Assembly (NCBI GenBank): GCA_026770705.1
Contig: JANJGN010000038.1
Location: 11,532,001-11,596,000, forward strand
From: Isurus oxyrinchus
Taxonomy: Eukaryota
DNA length: 64,000 bases
Reading direction: 5' to 3'
The stretch's first letter is position 1. Each line of letters begins with the position of its first letter. Made by a program: the position numbers and the translations under genes. This document shows, one piece after another, positions 1-13,390 of this stretch. The notes beneath the pieces were generated by a model. That model saw nothing but the letters and a program-made list of their open reading frames with translations, was not told where the DNA came from and made no database searches.

Positions 1-886
1 CAATAGATTGAAAGAGTATTTAAACGCCCTTTTCAGCTCCACGTTGTATTTAGTCTGGGTCCCTGCATATATAAATGTATCCTTACAGGGTCTAAGGAGT
101 TAAAAAACTATCGGCTTTGCTGCAGAATAAATTTTGTGTCAATGGAAATGGAACTGATAGATCAGCTATTTCCCATACTTTGTGCAAACAGGAAACGTAC
201 AATATGCGTCAAGGCCAGCTGGAGGAAACTGCCTGAGATGGAGAAGAGTACAACAATAGACTTGCTGTGGCTCTTCATCTCTGACTCACTCTGATTCTCT
301 CTATTCCTGTGGGATCAGAGTCTGCTGCAGGATTTACTTATCAGTAGAATATTTCAGGATGCCTCAATATCGAGCAGCAAAGTCAGGAGAAAGGAGAGAC
401 AAGGGGTTAGAATACAATCCAGCCAGTCAAACATTCTCCATGGAAATAAATATAAAATGCATCATCTATGATAGAGCACCGAGTTACGTTGTTAACGATA
501 TAAATAAGTTCATATATGAAATAAAAAAGTGGTGTTTATTAAAGAGGACTGCACACAGATCATTCCTAAATTTCCAACTGCTGTTTTCTAACTGCAGTAT
601 TTTATTTTCAGCTCCTGGTGACAAATGGTTGGGAGCAGTAAAAGGTGAACTTGAAGGTTGACCAGAGAGTACAACCTTTCGAACCAGAGTTTAAAGCAAC
701 AAAGATGACATAGAGGAATGGTGGACAGAAAACTGACTGGAAAATAAACAGCCGGAAATGGGCTTATTGTCACGCTAATGCTAATGACAAGGAATTCTGT
801 CACCACCATGGATACCAGATACTGCGTGATACATCAGGAGAAACCACAAATTCCTCGGGAGAAGATCACAATCATTAGAAAGTTAG
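1..886 (-). pseudogene. GPR139-like class A GPCR pseudogene, exon 2 (runs off the left edge)
   Basis: On the minus strand a (TC)n tract + ttacag acceptor precedes 886, then ANFLMIVIFSRGICGFS*CITQYLVSMVVTEFLV...FPVSFLS...ICHQELKIKYCS*...FIYAGTQTKYNVELKRAFKYSFNLL. This is colinear with the GPCR at 14843-15750. TGA at 834-836, further stops and frameshifts. Confidence 0.9.
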
Positions 887-2791
887 CTGTAAGGCAGAGA
901 GCGAGAGAGAGAGAAAGAGGAGAGTGAGAAGAACAGAATTAGTGCTGAAACCCTCAACTACACCTGCAGTTTGGTGGGAGAGGGTATGGAATTTGTATCA
1001 TGAATACTTGATTCAACGTTGGAACTGATTAATTTAATAATGTAGTGCGATTTTTTTTATTAATATTGTCCCAAATACATTGGAAGTTGGAACATGAAAT
1101 AACACAAAACACTTATTTTCTGATTCTTGTAAAGTTTATGCAATCTAGAAGTAGCAGGAATTGAACAGGACTAACGTATTAAATTGACAAAAGGGCAGCC
1201 TGAAGATGGCATTACGTACAGATAATTAATCAATATATTTAGTCGTTTAAAATCCGGTAAATACTAACGTTATGAAATGTTAAACCGCTATAATACTTAA
1301 AGCAATAGAATGACAGGAAATAAGATATGGGAAATAAATCATTCCTAAGAAATAAATGAGGGAACCACGGGACGATGGAAAATAAAGTTGAACGAACGCC
1401 ATTGATTCAATTCGGGTTTAGTTCCTGTGGAAACAGGTCAAAGAGCATCAGCAGTTTTTTTTTGCAGCTCAATGATTGCTGAAGTGGGAGATTAGGTCTC
1501 GTATTATTAGTGAAGATTTTTAATTGAAGAAGCAGAAAGTCCTCTGTTTAGAGTCTCATCAAAAGAGCGACAGAGCAGATAGTGCTGTCCTTCCTCAGGA
1601 GTATGCAGCTAGGTTAGGGACTCGAGATCGGGAGTAGGGCTCAAACCCAGGGCTTGAACACTGATATTTCAAAATTTAGATCCCCGAAATAAAGTGGCTG
1701 TGAGCATAATAAATACTGGCTCCGATGAGTATCACACAGCCTTGGCAACAAAATGCATCTTAGGAGAACTGAATGGGGCAGTTAAAATTAGCAACAGAGT
1801 TAAAAAAAAGTCTTCATAACTGTTCATCGATTGCAACTATTTGATAAATTTATGAATAAACATGTGGAGGGTAAACAAAAATACGGAAAAATACATACCA
1901 CTATCATTTATAGTTTCACGCCAATTAGAAAATATGCTGATCTGTAATGGTTAAGCTCAAAGTGCCACAAAAAAAAAAACTCCCTCCCACAAATTATATT
2001 CCTTCTTCCACAGTTTGCTCATTCAGTTATCCAACAACAACCCTTCACAATGTCCTCTTCTTATCTAAAATATTTACTGTGCCACATGGCTTATTTTCGG
2101 CAGCAATTTGGATACGAAACTTACTATTGCTTCATTTTGAACCTTCTAAATGCGGTGAAAAGCTGAGACCCAAATACAAATCTTGCGAATCAACTGTCAT
2201 CCCCTGTCAATTGAAATGAGTTCACATCATGAACAAATTAAATTTTTACACACCACAGCCATCGCTATTTAAATTTAATTCGATATCAATGTAAATTAAC
2301 ATCTAGGCATGTAAAATAAACGACCTGTTTAACTAAGAAATTCAGGTGTTAATGACTTTATTGAAGTAACAATTAAACTACATTGTGTAGCATTTGTATC
2401 ATTGCCAAAAAGTCCTTGAATACAAGACACAGAAATCGCAGGAACACATAAAGCAATCTTGAATTCTTTGCTGTTGGAGGACAGCCAAACATCCGGAGAA
2501 GCTAAACAGTAGACATCTGACCCTCAAGGCTTCACAGTTAAAAAAAAATGGAAAAGACCTAATTCCGGAAAAAAATACGTAGACTACAATGAATTCAGAT
2601 TCAGAATGTTTCTGTTTCGTATTTTGAGTGATTCAGAAAAATGACTGTAAAATAAATAGCCGTAAACCGGCTTAATACCAGTGTAATGAAAATACAAAGG
2701 AAATCTATCACCGCCATGGACACTGCGTATTTAGAAAGACCACATCTTCCTCGGGAACGTTTCACGATAGTCAGAAAGTTAGCTCTAAGCT

Positions 2792-2824
<33 letters not shown>

Positions 2825-4530
2825 TAGGGAAGAATTAGTGCTGAATTTCCCAGCTACAACATCCGTTTTGCGGAAGAATGATATGGCATCTGGACCATCA
2901 ATACTTTATTCAACGCTGGAACTGATTAGTTTACCAACGTATAAATGCTGGTCCGTTTTTTATTTATAGTGTCCCAGATAAAGTGGAAGTCGGAATATAA
3001 AATGACACAAAGCACTTACTTTCCGATTCCTGTAAATTTTATGTAATCTAGAAGTAGAAGGAACTGATCTTCACTAACGTATTAAATTGACAAAAGGACA
3101 ACCTGAAAATGGCATAGAAATACATATAAAAGCTCAATACATTTATTCATTTAAAAATAAGTAAATAATAACGTTATGAAACTTTAAACCACTATAATAA
3201 TGAAACCAGTTTAATGACAGGAAATATGGTATGGGTAATAACGAATTCCTAATAAGTATCAGAAGGAACCAAGGTACGATGAAAAAGAAAATTTGAGCAA
3301 ACACCATTGATTCGATTTGGGTTTTGCCGCTGTGGAAACAAGTCAAAGCGCATCAAGGGCTTTTTTTCAGTTCAGTGATTGCTGTAGTGGGAGATTAGGT
3401 CTCGCAGCTGTAGTGAGGATTTTCAACTGATAAAGCAGAAAGACCTCGGTTTACAGCCTCGTCAGAAGGACGACAGAGTAGAAAGTGCTGGACTATCTCA
3501 GCGGCATGGAGCTGGGCTGCAGACACGCGATCGGAAGTAGGGAACAAACCCAGGACTTTCCAAACGAAGAATGAGATTTCCAAATTTAGCTCAGCTAAAT
3601 AAAATGACTACGAGTATAATGAATTCCGGCTCCGAAGCGTATCACACAGCCTTGACAACAAAGTGCACTACTAAGGAGAATTGAATGCAGCTGTTAACCG
3701 CAGCAACGGAGTTAAAAATGGTCATCACAGTTCATCGACTGCAATGCTTGACGCATTTGTTTACGCATTGTTAATCGAACACCAATAAACATGTGGTGGG
3801 TAAACAAAAACATGGAAAATACTTACCACTATCATTTATAGTTTCACCCTAATTAGAAAATATGGTGACGTGCAATGGTTAAGCTTAAAGCGCCAGAGAA
3901 AAACAGCCTTCCCCAAATGGTATTCCTTCTCCTACAGTTTGCTCATTCAGTTATCCAACAACAGCCCTTCGCAATGTTCTGTTCTTCTCTAAACTATTTA
4001 GTGTACCACATGGCTTATTTTCGGCAGCAATTTGGATACGAAACTTACTGTTGCTTCATTTTGATCCTTGTAAATGCGATGAAAAACAGGCCCACATACA
4101 AATCCTGTGAATCAGCTGGCACCGCCTGTCAATTGCACTGTATTCGCATTATCCATCAACAAATTAGATGAGCTTTGTACACACCGCAGGCATTGTGACT
4201 TAAATTTACATCGATATCAATGTAAATTAACATCTATGCATGTAAAATAAATGACCCTTTTAATGAAAAAATTGAGGTGTAAATTACAATAATGAAGTAC
4301 AAATTAAACTATATTATGCATCATCTGTATCATTGTCAAAATTCCTGTCAACACAAGAAACAGCACGCCTTGGAAAATATAAATCAATCTTGAATGTCTT
4401 GCCATTGGAGCGCAGCCAAAAACCGGTAGAAGCTAATAGTAAACATCTGACCCTCAAGGATTCACAGTTAAGCAAATGTTGATAAGAACTAATTTTGGAA
4501 AAAAATATAGAATACAATGAACAATGCCAG
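887..4530. repeat. Tandem duplication of a ~1.9-kb unit (GPCR intron + upstream region), two diverged copies ~887-2780 and ~2783-4530
   Basis: Matching blocks about 1.9 kb apart: agttagct..(GA)n at 881/2778; aacgtattaaattgacaaaagg at ~1173/~3076; aatggttaagct.aaag at ~1946/~3874; cacatggcttattttcggcagcaatttggatacgaaacttact at ~2083/~4007. Confidence 0.9.
2625..2782 (-). pseudogene. Truncated GPR139-like exon 2 fragment (end of TM1 to ECL1)
   Basis: (TC)n acceptor then ANFLTIVKRSRGRCGLSKYAVSMAVIDFLCIFITLVLSRF. Homology is lost after ~150 bp. Confidence 0.75.
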
Positions 4531-5789
4531 ATAGTACAGTAAGCTACAGAGACAAGACGTATGTCCCTGTAAAAGCCATTACCCAGACACAAAACTACAG
4601 AGACATGGCTCAGCCATCTTTAGGATACAAAGGATTGAGTTATGAGAGAATTCCGTTGAAAAGTTAAGACAAATGTACACCATACGACTAAGAAATTATA
4701 CTCGATTTTAAGAATAACTTCTACAAATAAATATTTGTTTGAATATCCAGATTGTTCAATAAAGTGGATTTATAATCTTATGCTTTCTTGCATAGCATTG
4801 CTAGGTTATATTCGGTGATATTGTATTGATATACATATGAGTTGTAGCCTCATACTGAAATCCTCACGAACCCACATATAAGTAACAATAACGTAGAAAT
4901 CATAAGTTTGCTTTCTAAGTGCGTATAGTGGTAAACTGTTAAAGAGTTTTTTCTTACTGTAGTATACCTGTAGTAATATTCTACCCTGGCATAATTTTGC
5001 TGGTTCGACAACTCCGAGGAGCTGTCTGAGTTGTTTTGAATTCGTACAGAGCAGTTGTTGGGGGCGGGGAGTGGCGGTGGGGGAGTAAAGCAGTCGGATC
5101 AATGTTACATTTCGAAAAGGCTATAGGGAGTAATAATTGATTAGGATCGATACTTGGCTATAATGAGAGAGCAGGGTCATGGAAATATTTTTGAATGAAT
5201 ACTGTGCTGCAATGCGAATGACGGGCAGTGCCAATTATTTTGGATTGATGTTAGCCTATAGCGAGAAGAAAGAAAATTGTGAATTATTTTGGATTGGTAC
5301 ACTCTTATTGTGAGAAAAAAAAGATCAGTGTGAAATATTTCGGATTGCCGGAGGCTTACACTTAGAAAAAAGGGTGGAGTGAATTGTTCCAGGTTCGTAC
5401 CATGTTGCAGCGAATTGCTAGGCAATGTGAAATGTTTTGATCTGAGACAGGCATGTAATTAGAGAGCTGAGCAGTATGAATGCCCTTGGATTGATACAGG
5501 GCTGGAGTGAAAAGGCAGCAATGTGTGAATTTCAAGGATTCTTATACAATAGGGACATGGACGAAACAGTGAATGATTTTCGATACATTCAGGCCTGTAG
5601 TGAGAGGGCAGGGCCGACAAAATTGTTTTGGGATGATACAGGGCCACGGTGATAGAGTAACGCACTGTGAACAATTTGGCTTTCTGCATTCGTATGTTCA
5701 CATTGGGTAATCCTCATATCATAACGTTACTAGGACATTTGGAGACAGAAGGAATTCATTCAGTCCTTCGCAAACATACAGGATCTCTG

Positions 5790-6560
5790 AAGCACAGTTC
5801 AGTCAGTCTCCTCCTCCCCATTTTATCTCAGTGGCCCTTCACGTTTATTTCCGTTAAGTAGCTATCACATTACCATTTGAAATCACGAGTCATTTCCGTT
5901 TCCACCACAATTGTAGGCAGCATTTTGAGGTCATGACCACACTCTGCATCAACACCTTTGTTCATCACGTGCTGCCAGCACATTTCGCACGGTCCTTAAA
6001 ACGTTGCACCCAAGCAACTTTACGATCAGTAACTGGGAACATATTTTCTGCTATCTACCTTATCTCAACCCGTTTAATCTAGGAAGTTTCTACCAAACAT
6101 CTCATCAATTCCGTTTCCTCTGATGAGTACAACCCAAGCTCCACTCACCGAATATTGCTGCCAAGGCGCCGCATCCCTGTTAACATTCGAGTAAATCTCC
6201 TCTACACTGCATAAAGGACACAAATATTTTACCTGGTGCATGGTGACCAGAAACGGACGCAGCAATTTAATTATGGTCTAACCAGAGTGTAAATTGTTTC
6301 AGCACAGCTTCCTCGTATTTATGCTCACTTTCTCGATTTATGTACTCGGAAATTCCAAATCCTGTTGTAACGATACTTTCAACATGTCATGGCACCTTCG
6401 AATATCAATTCACATGGACCCTCAGGTCCCTCTGTCCTTGCGCACTGTTTAGAACCTTAACATTAAATGGATATTGTTCCTCACTGGCCATTTTACTAAA
6501 TCTAGCATTTCCTGTGTTAGGTCCCATCTGCCACTTTGATTCAGCTGCTGTAGACCTTTG
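5790..6560 (-). mobile_element. Decayed CR1-type LINE 3' (RT) fragment
   Basis: Minus-strand remnants such as LRPFLVTMHQVK and aaagtggcagatgggac match the CR1 RT C-terminus seen at 17112-18512. Confidence 0.6.
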
Positions 6561-6819
6561 AAATTGGAACTCCTCTTCCTACCTCTTTCCAACATTCTGG
6601 TATGTCAGAGTCCTCGTAGTATTGCCTATGAAATAGGTTAAATGTTGCGTTTCTAGTTTGATCTAAAACTAGCATTGCCGTCTTCATGTTGTTTCTCGCT
6701 TTTATTCCAGTAATTGGGTGAGCACAGGCTTGGCCAATTTAGTTTAAATTATTCGCAACTACACTAGCTGTGCAACATTACTGGTCACAGCTCTGTTGTT
6801 TTGCACACCGTCCCTACTG

Positions 6820-8060
6820 AACAAGTGCCTACAACTGATTCGCACCCCCCCCCAACCCACGTGACCACCCGCTCCGCTTCCCACACTTCCCTGATGAATC
6901 TGTACTGCTCCATGTTGAGCGCCACTTGTAAGAAAGACTAAGAGTTGCAAGGTCCCAGAATGAACTCAGGGGGCTTCAGTGTCCATCACCAAGTGTTTCT
7001 CCGAAGCAGCGATAAATATTGACCTGGCTGCATGCCCAAGGAAACACCTACCAGATTTTGCCTGTAGTAGGTGGTGAGGGAGCCAAAAATAGGGAAGAAC
7101 ACAAGTTACCTGATCATAAGTAAACTACCTGTAGCAGATGCACCTGTCCACCATAGTATTGGGAGAAGCCTCCAGTACACATCTGTATAAACATGAAAAC
7201 CATCACACTGTCGTGCTGTGTGGCGCTACCATTGTGCTAAATCAAATCAAGAAAATCAAAGCCGGATTTTCGTCAGGTGCAGTGAGCCATCAGTAGTTGT
7301 AGCATTGTATCAAATCTTAGTTTGTAAACTTATGGCCCGTTATATCTCTCACTTTGACATTACCAACAGATGAAGGGATCAATTCTGACAAAGTGAAGGG
7401 TGTATAACAGCATGCCAGGGGCACAAGGGACATTAAAAGGAGGTTTCGACCTGGTGAAGTAAAAAAAACAGAAACCTTTGCATGCCAAGCAATTGAAAAA
7501 GCATGTGATTGACAGCACAAAAATATCCCACCAACAATTGGTCAAACCAAAGATCTGCAATCCTTCCACATCCAATCATGAACAGCGGTGGGCAAAAGAA
7601 GAATAAAGAGAAAGAGGATATTCCACAAATATCCCTAACCCTAAAGATGGGGGAGTCCAGCATATCGGGGCAAAAAGAGATGGCTGAAGGACTTTAATCC
7701 ACTTTCAGCCAGAACTCCCGAGTGGAAGATCCATCTCAGACTCCTCCTGAGGTCTCCATCGTCCTCACCCAATTCGATTGATTCCAGTTAATATTAAAGG
7801 CAATTGAGTACAACAAATGCCACAAAGGCAATGGGCCCGAAAAAAGAGCCGGCTGTAGAATTGAAGATTAGTGCTTCAGAACGAGCCGACTCAATTTCCG
7901 TCTTCAGTACATCTTAGAAAGTTGGCAATGACTCAAATAATTGGAAACTGCCCAAATATGACCTGTCCAGAGAAGGAAGGAAGAATCCAGTCCGGTCAAC
8001 TATCGCCACATTAGTCTACATTGCATTACAAGCAAAGTGATGGAAAGTCTCGCCATTTTT
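6820..8060 (+). mobile_element. Decayed non-LTR retrotransposon (second family, L2/CR1 group), endonuclease-to-RT fragment
   Basis: Degenerate APE-like segment (ctgatgaatctgtactgctccatgttgag...ggcttcagtgtccatcaccaag) and pre-RT segment (aactatcgccacattagtcta, NYRHISL). Confidence 0.55.
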
Positions 8061-10024
8061 GTTAATGGTTGGTCGAAAGTCATTCATGTGAAAGGCGCTG
8101 TGCTTCAAGAAGCGCTTCGTGGTATCTTTGTAACGTTTTCCCTGTCCTTCCCTGAAACGTTGGCTACTTAAGTGGTGGAAAATTTAGAGAACGTGGTGTG
8201 GGGTCGATTTCCTTGAGGCATGAGCATAAATTTGAAATGAATAATAGTTCATTGCAGTATTAATGGAGAGATGCGCTGATTGAAGTTCAGCCAGTCGGGT
8301 GGCATCTAAAACTTAAGCAATTTTCACGATCCCAGGTGGATGCAACAAACATCATGTGGAGCAATTTGGCTTGGAGGCGCTTTATATAAATTAAAAATAT
8401 TCTATTTTTGCCCATAGCTTCGGTCGCATTGAGCAAAACCATGTTGCCATGGACTGTGCGTCGACCAAGTAATCTATTAATACTGAAACATACACAAAAG
8501 TATCGGAGTGCATGTGTGTAAAAGTACAAAGATTGGTCAGAGGGGAATATGATATTCTAACGATAATAGAAATCTACCACAATATGTGGCGTGATTGACA
8601 GTTTCATATTCCTGTTTGCAATGCATTTTGAATCATTCTTTTTAACTCTTTGCAAAGTAAACTCCTCTCACCTTCCCACTGTTCTGCGAGTGAAGGAACA
8701 TCCCAGGTAGTGTGGCAGCTCAAGTATGATTTATCAGCTCCCAGCAGTTGGGTTATGTGTTTGTTATGAGGAGGAAATTCTTACTAGGACTGAAATATTG
8801 TCTCCACTCAATACTGATACCACCATTTTTTATTTATCCCTGCGATATAGCCCTGGGTGGCAAGGTCAATCTTTATTGCGAATTGCTAATTTTCTTTAGA
8901 ATTTCGTGGTGAGCTGCCTTCTTGAGCCCCTTCAGTCCATGTGCGCTATCTTCATCCATAATGCTAGAAGGCAGGAATTTTCACAGTTTGACCAATTGAT
9001 GAAAACTATTTCAAATTTCGAGCGTGAGTGTGATGCAGCTGCTGGTGTTTCCACGTGCCTGTTACCTTTGTTTCCCAAGACAGTAAAACCCGAAGTTTCG
9101 AAGGTGTAGTTACAGAATACCTGATAAGTTGATTCTTTTTTTCTTGGAATGTGGGCATCGTGCAGAAGGCCACATTTGTTGTCAATTTGAGCACAGTAAA
9201 GAGGCAGACATTTTACTGTGGGTCTGCAGCCACATATAGGTCAGATCGGGTAAGGACGGCACATTGTCTTCCCTACAGGACATTAGTGAAGCCAATAGGT
9301 GTTCGCAACAATCGAAGACCGTTTTCGTGGGCACAGTTACCGAGACGAGCTTGATACTCCAATCGCATTATTTTAATTAGGTGCCATGTTATGATTTAAA
9401 ACAATGTCACAAAGGTATGTGCCTCGGCCTCAGGATCACCCTATCACACTGCCCCTAATGTTGATGTAGGGTGTTCGACTATCGCAATTACATTAAATTT
9501 CAAGGGGAAGATGTTTGACGTCCTCATCCTGGAATTGGTAAAATTCTGCTGTATCCTTCCTGAATACATTCTGCACCCCTGGATCCCTTGTTACAGGTTA
9601 GAATCACAAAATACTGTTCATTGTCGCTATAAACATATAATACTGCTGAAAAAGACCAGTCCAGAGTGGTAGATATTGCGCACAACTGGACCTGCACACA
9701 CTGAATGTAACCAATGAAGTAGCAATGTGCACTCTAAACCTAACTACGATGATTTTAAGGTGGTCGCATTGCTTGCAATACTGATGAATTGGGATTGTTA
9801 ACATTGAATCTAATGAGTTTGAACTGGAGTAGCCCACGCCGGCAGTAACTGTGTATAACTGAACCAGTCCCCTTTGAAAATCGGTGTCGAGAAATGACAT
9901 TTGCACATTGAGAATTACTGTGCAGACCTGAGTCAGTTCACACTCATTATAGACCAGCAGGCCCCGTCTTTGTGGAAAACAATCATACATAAATTGAGCA
10001 TTTCACACTTGAAGGAAACCATGT

Positions 10025-11618
10025 CGATGAAATCAGTGCGAGAGTGAGAGAGGGTTATTGGCTCAGAAAATCTAGATGTAGATGCAGTCTGGGTGGAGCT
10101 ATGTAGCAACAATGAGTGGAAAAGATCACTTATCTTTAGACATCCAGACAGCAGTGCCGACATAGGGGACGGCATAAAACAGGAACTTGGATGTGCATGT
10201 AACAAGGGTGCTACAGAAATCATGAGTGACTTTTAACTACATATAGAGTGTGCAAACCAAATTAGCAATAATAAAATTGCGAATGGATTCCTGTAGTGTG
10301 TACGAAATGTTTTTTCCCGGACTCGTATGTCGAGGAACGGACTGGGGATCAGGCTAACCTAGATTTGGTATAGTGAAATGAGAAGCATTAAATTAATAAT
10401 CTTGTTGTGTGGGGTCCTTTGGGGAACATTGACCATAACATGATAGAATTCTTCATTGGAATGGAAAGTGAAGTAGTCTGGTCTGAAACGAGGGTGCTAA
10501 ATCTTACAAAGGAATCGACAAATTTAGGAGATTTGAGTTGGCTAATATCGATTGGAGTACTTTATTAAAAGGAAAGATGGTGTGTAGACAAAGTCCAATG
10601 ATTAAGGAACGAGGACATACATTTCAAATGTTATACTTTCTTTTCTGGCCCAAAAGAACAAGACAGTAAAAGCGGCCCAACCATGGGTAAAAAAATAAAT
10701 TAAGGATAGCTTTAGATCCAAAGAGGAGTCGTATGAAGTTGCTAGAAAATTTAACAAGCCTAACGATTGGGAACAGTTTAGAACTCAGCAAAGGACGACC
10801 AAGAATTCGAATAAGGGGGGAAAATATTGGATGAGGATAAATTTGCAAATAACATAAAAACGGTCATTAACAGCATCTATAAATATTTTTAAAAAGACCT
10901 TACAGTCTGAAACGGGAGACTTTATAACAGAACAATTACTTTTGCTCGGTCTTCACGTAGGGAGACATAAATAGCTTCACAGAAATACGATGGAATCTCG
11001 GGTCCATTGAGAAGCAAGAATTCAACGAAATTAATGTTACTAACACAATTGTGCTGGAGAAATTAATCGGACTGGAAGCCAATCAATCCGCATGCCTGAT
11101 AATATACATCTTGGGGTACTAAAGGAGGTGGCCATGTAAATAGTGAGTGTAGTGGTTGTCATCTTCCAAAATTATGTAGATTCTGCAACAGTCCCGGCAG
11201 ATTGCAGGGTGTTAAATATAACCCCGCTATTTTGAAAAGGAGTGAGGGAGAAAACAGCGAATTGCAGACCTGTTAGCCGAACCTCAATAGTAGGGAAAAT
11301 GCTAGAGTCTATTGTAGAGTATGTGATAACAGGACTCTTTAAACTTATCAATGGGTTGAGACAAAGCTAACATGTATCTATCAAAGGAAATCATGTTTAA
11401 CAAACCTACTGGAGTTTTAAAGGACGTAATCTGCAAAAAGGATAAGGGAGAACCAGTGGCTGTGCTGTAGTTGGATTATCAGAAAGCCTTTGACAAAGAC
11501 CCAAAGTTAGCGTGTAAAATTAAAGACAGGAAAGAAAGCAAGAATAATTCGGTCTTCTTTGGAGGGGCAGGCAGTGACGAGTGGACTAACAGGGATCAAT
11601 GCTTGGGCCCGAGCACTT

Positions 11619-11694
<76 letters not shown>

Positions 11695-12325
11695 CACGTT
11701 GTCCTTTATTGCGAGAGGATTTGAGTGCAGGAGCAACGATGTCTTACTGCAGCTGTGCATGGTCATTGTGAGATCACACCTGGAGTAGTGTTTGCAGTTC
11801 TGGTCCCCTTACCTAAGAAAGGAAATACCTACCGTAGAGGGAGTTCAGCCAAGGTTCATCAGGCTGTTTTCTGGCCTGGCAGAATTATAGTATGAGGAGA
11901 GCTTGGGCCGGCTAGGCCTTTATTCATTGGAGAACAGAAGAATGAGAGGCGATCGCATTGAAACATATGAAACTCTGACAGGAATGTACAGACTGGATGC
12001 GGGGATGATAATTCCTCTGGCTCGGGCGTCTAGAACAAGGGGTCACAGACTCAGGATACGGGTTAGACCATTTAGGACTGAGATGAGGAGAAACGTCTTC
12101 AATCAGAAGGTGGCGAACATTTGGAATTCTCTAGCACAGAAGGCTTTGGAGGTCAAGTCACTGGATATATTTAAGAAGTAAATAAGTAGACCACTAGCCT
12201 TCAAACGCATCAAGGGGTGTGGGGAGAGAGCCGGTCTAAGGCGTTCAGATAGAGGATCAGCCATCATCAAACTGAATGGCGGAGCAAGCTCGAAGGGCTC
12301 GAAGGAGTAATCATACTCCTATTTT
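10025..12325 (+). mobile_element. CR1-type LINE, 5'-truncated and decayed (endonuclease C-terminus + RT + 3' UTR)
   Basis: AVWVEL, DFNY, KSCLTNLLEF, DYQKAFDK, LGLYSLENRRMRGDRIETY and RTRGHRLRI motifs; CR1 3' tail ~12250-12325. Confidence 0.92.
11622..11692. repeat. (TA)n microsatellite inside the CR1 RT
   Basis: ~70 bp of TA with one TG interruption. Confidence 0.98.
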
Positions 12326-13390
12326 CAATATTTTGGTGGACATTTTTTTCCAGACACTGAAAGTAAGCATGAGGAATTAACTACCTGCACAAGGTTTGTA
12401 ACACTGCTTCACATGTGCACATTGAAGATAGCAGTTAAAATGGGGCCTGTCCATATTCAATGCAAGATGACTGAACTGGGCCTTTGCAGACTTAGTGCAG
12501 CCGTGCATAATCTCGCCTGGCGCCACGGAAAGCAATTTACGGGAAATGGATGTGCACACTTACCCTTCCTTATCCGTCATGAATGAATGTAACGTGGCAG
12601 AAATGGAGCCTCGACACATCACATAACCATTCCGAACTGGAGCGGTCCACATTAACTAGAATCGTGCTCAACTGGACCTCCGTTTACGGAGTTTAAGCGT
12701 ACTCTCTATAATTATGCATAATTAACGCATAAGCGCTTGATTGCATCTGACCAAATAAAACGTAGCCGTTCACAGCTACACAGCTATGCGCACTCACTAG
12801 AGTTGGATTTGACATGTCTGCAATGAACCTAACTGAAGTGGAATAATCCACACTGCAAGAAGCCGTACAGAAGAGGATTTGAGTACTTTAAAGCTAAAGG
12901 TGATGAGTTGAACATTTCCACACCAAATGCAAACAAGCTTATGTGAATGAGACAGAAAATGCTGGAAATACGCAACAGACCATTCAGCATCTGTGGAGAG
13001 AAAACGGTAAAAGTTCAGATCCATGACTTTACATCGAAGTTGGGGAATAGGGAGCAATGGAAGAGTTCTTGTTTTCACTATAGCGGCGGGAAACGGTTGT
13101 GATAAAGGGCAGATGATAAAGAAACATCAATGTAGGTTTGTGTTAATGTGGAAGACAGAAGGGCACTTTGTGAGGATGTTCCGTCAGAACAATGTCAGTG
13201 ACCTTGAAGAGCTTTCTACTCTGTCAAAATAAAGACAATTTCCTGACAGCTGCAGCACGAGCATCTTTGTTTCAATTTCAATTATTGCAAAAGATCAAAG
13301 CGTCTAATTGTCTCCCTGGAGGCTGGCCTGACATATATATGTGACTGTCTTTAGTTGTGGTGCAGAACACACTCGCAGCTGGTGACAGAA

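Larger units (their letters stand above)
811..11640. repeat. Segmental duplication, copy 1 (copy 2 at ~54696-64000)
   Basis: Colinear matches throughout, roughly 90% identical by eye. Paired ORFs: 6074..6265/58359..58550, 6340..6561/58625..58846, 9933..10223/62240..62530. Segment ~4395-5990 is absent from copy 2. Confidence 0.95.

Noticed and set aside
1947-2219. Repeated MVKLK(V/A)P ORFs (1947, 3875, 57751) as a small gene family
   Set aside because: The copies shift frame relative to each other; the recurrence is explained by duplication of non-coding DNA.
5663-5669. CACTGTG heptamer (possible J/D RSS)
   Set aside because: No nonamer at 12 or 23 nt and no J motif; it lies in LINE debris.
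11471-11788. ORFs with YIYIYI runs
   Set aside because: Translation of the (TA)n microsatellite inside a CR1.
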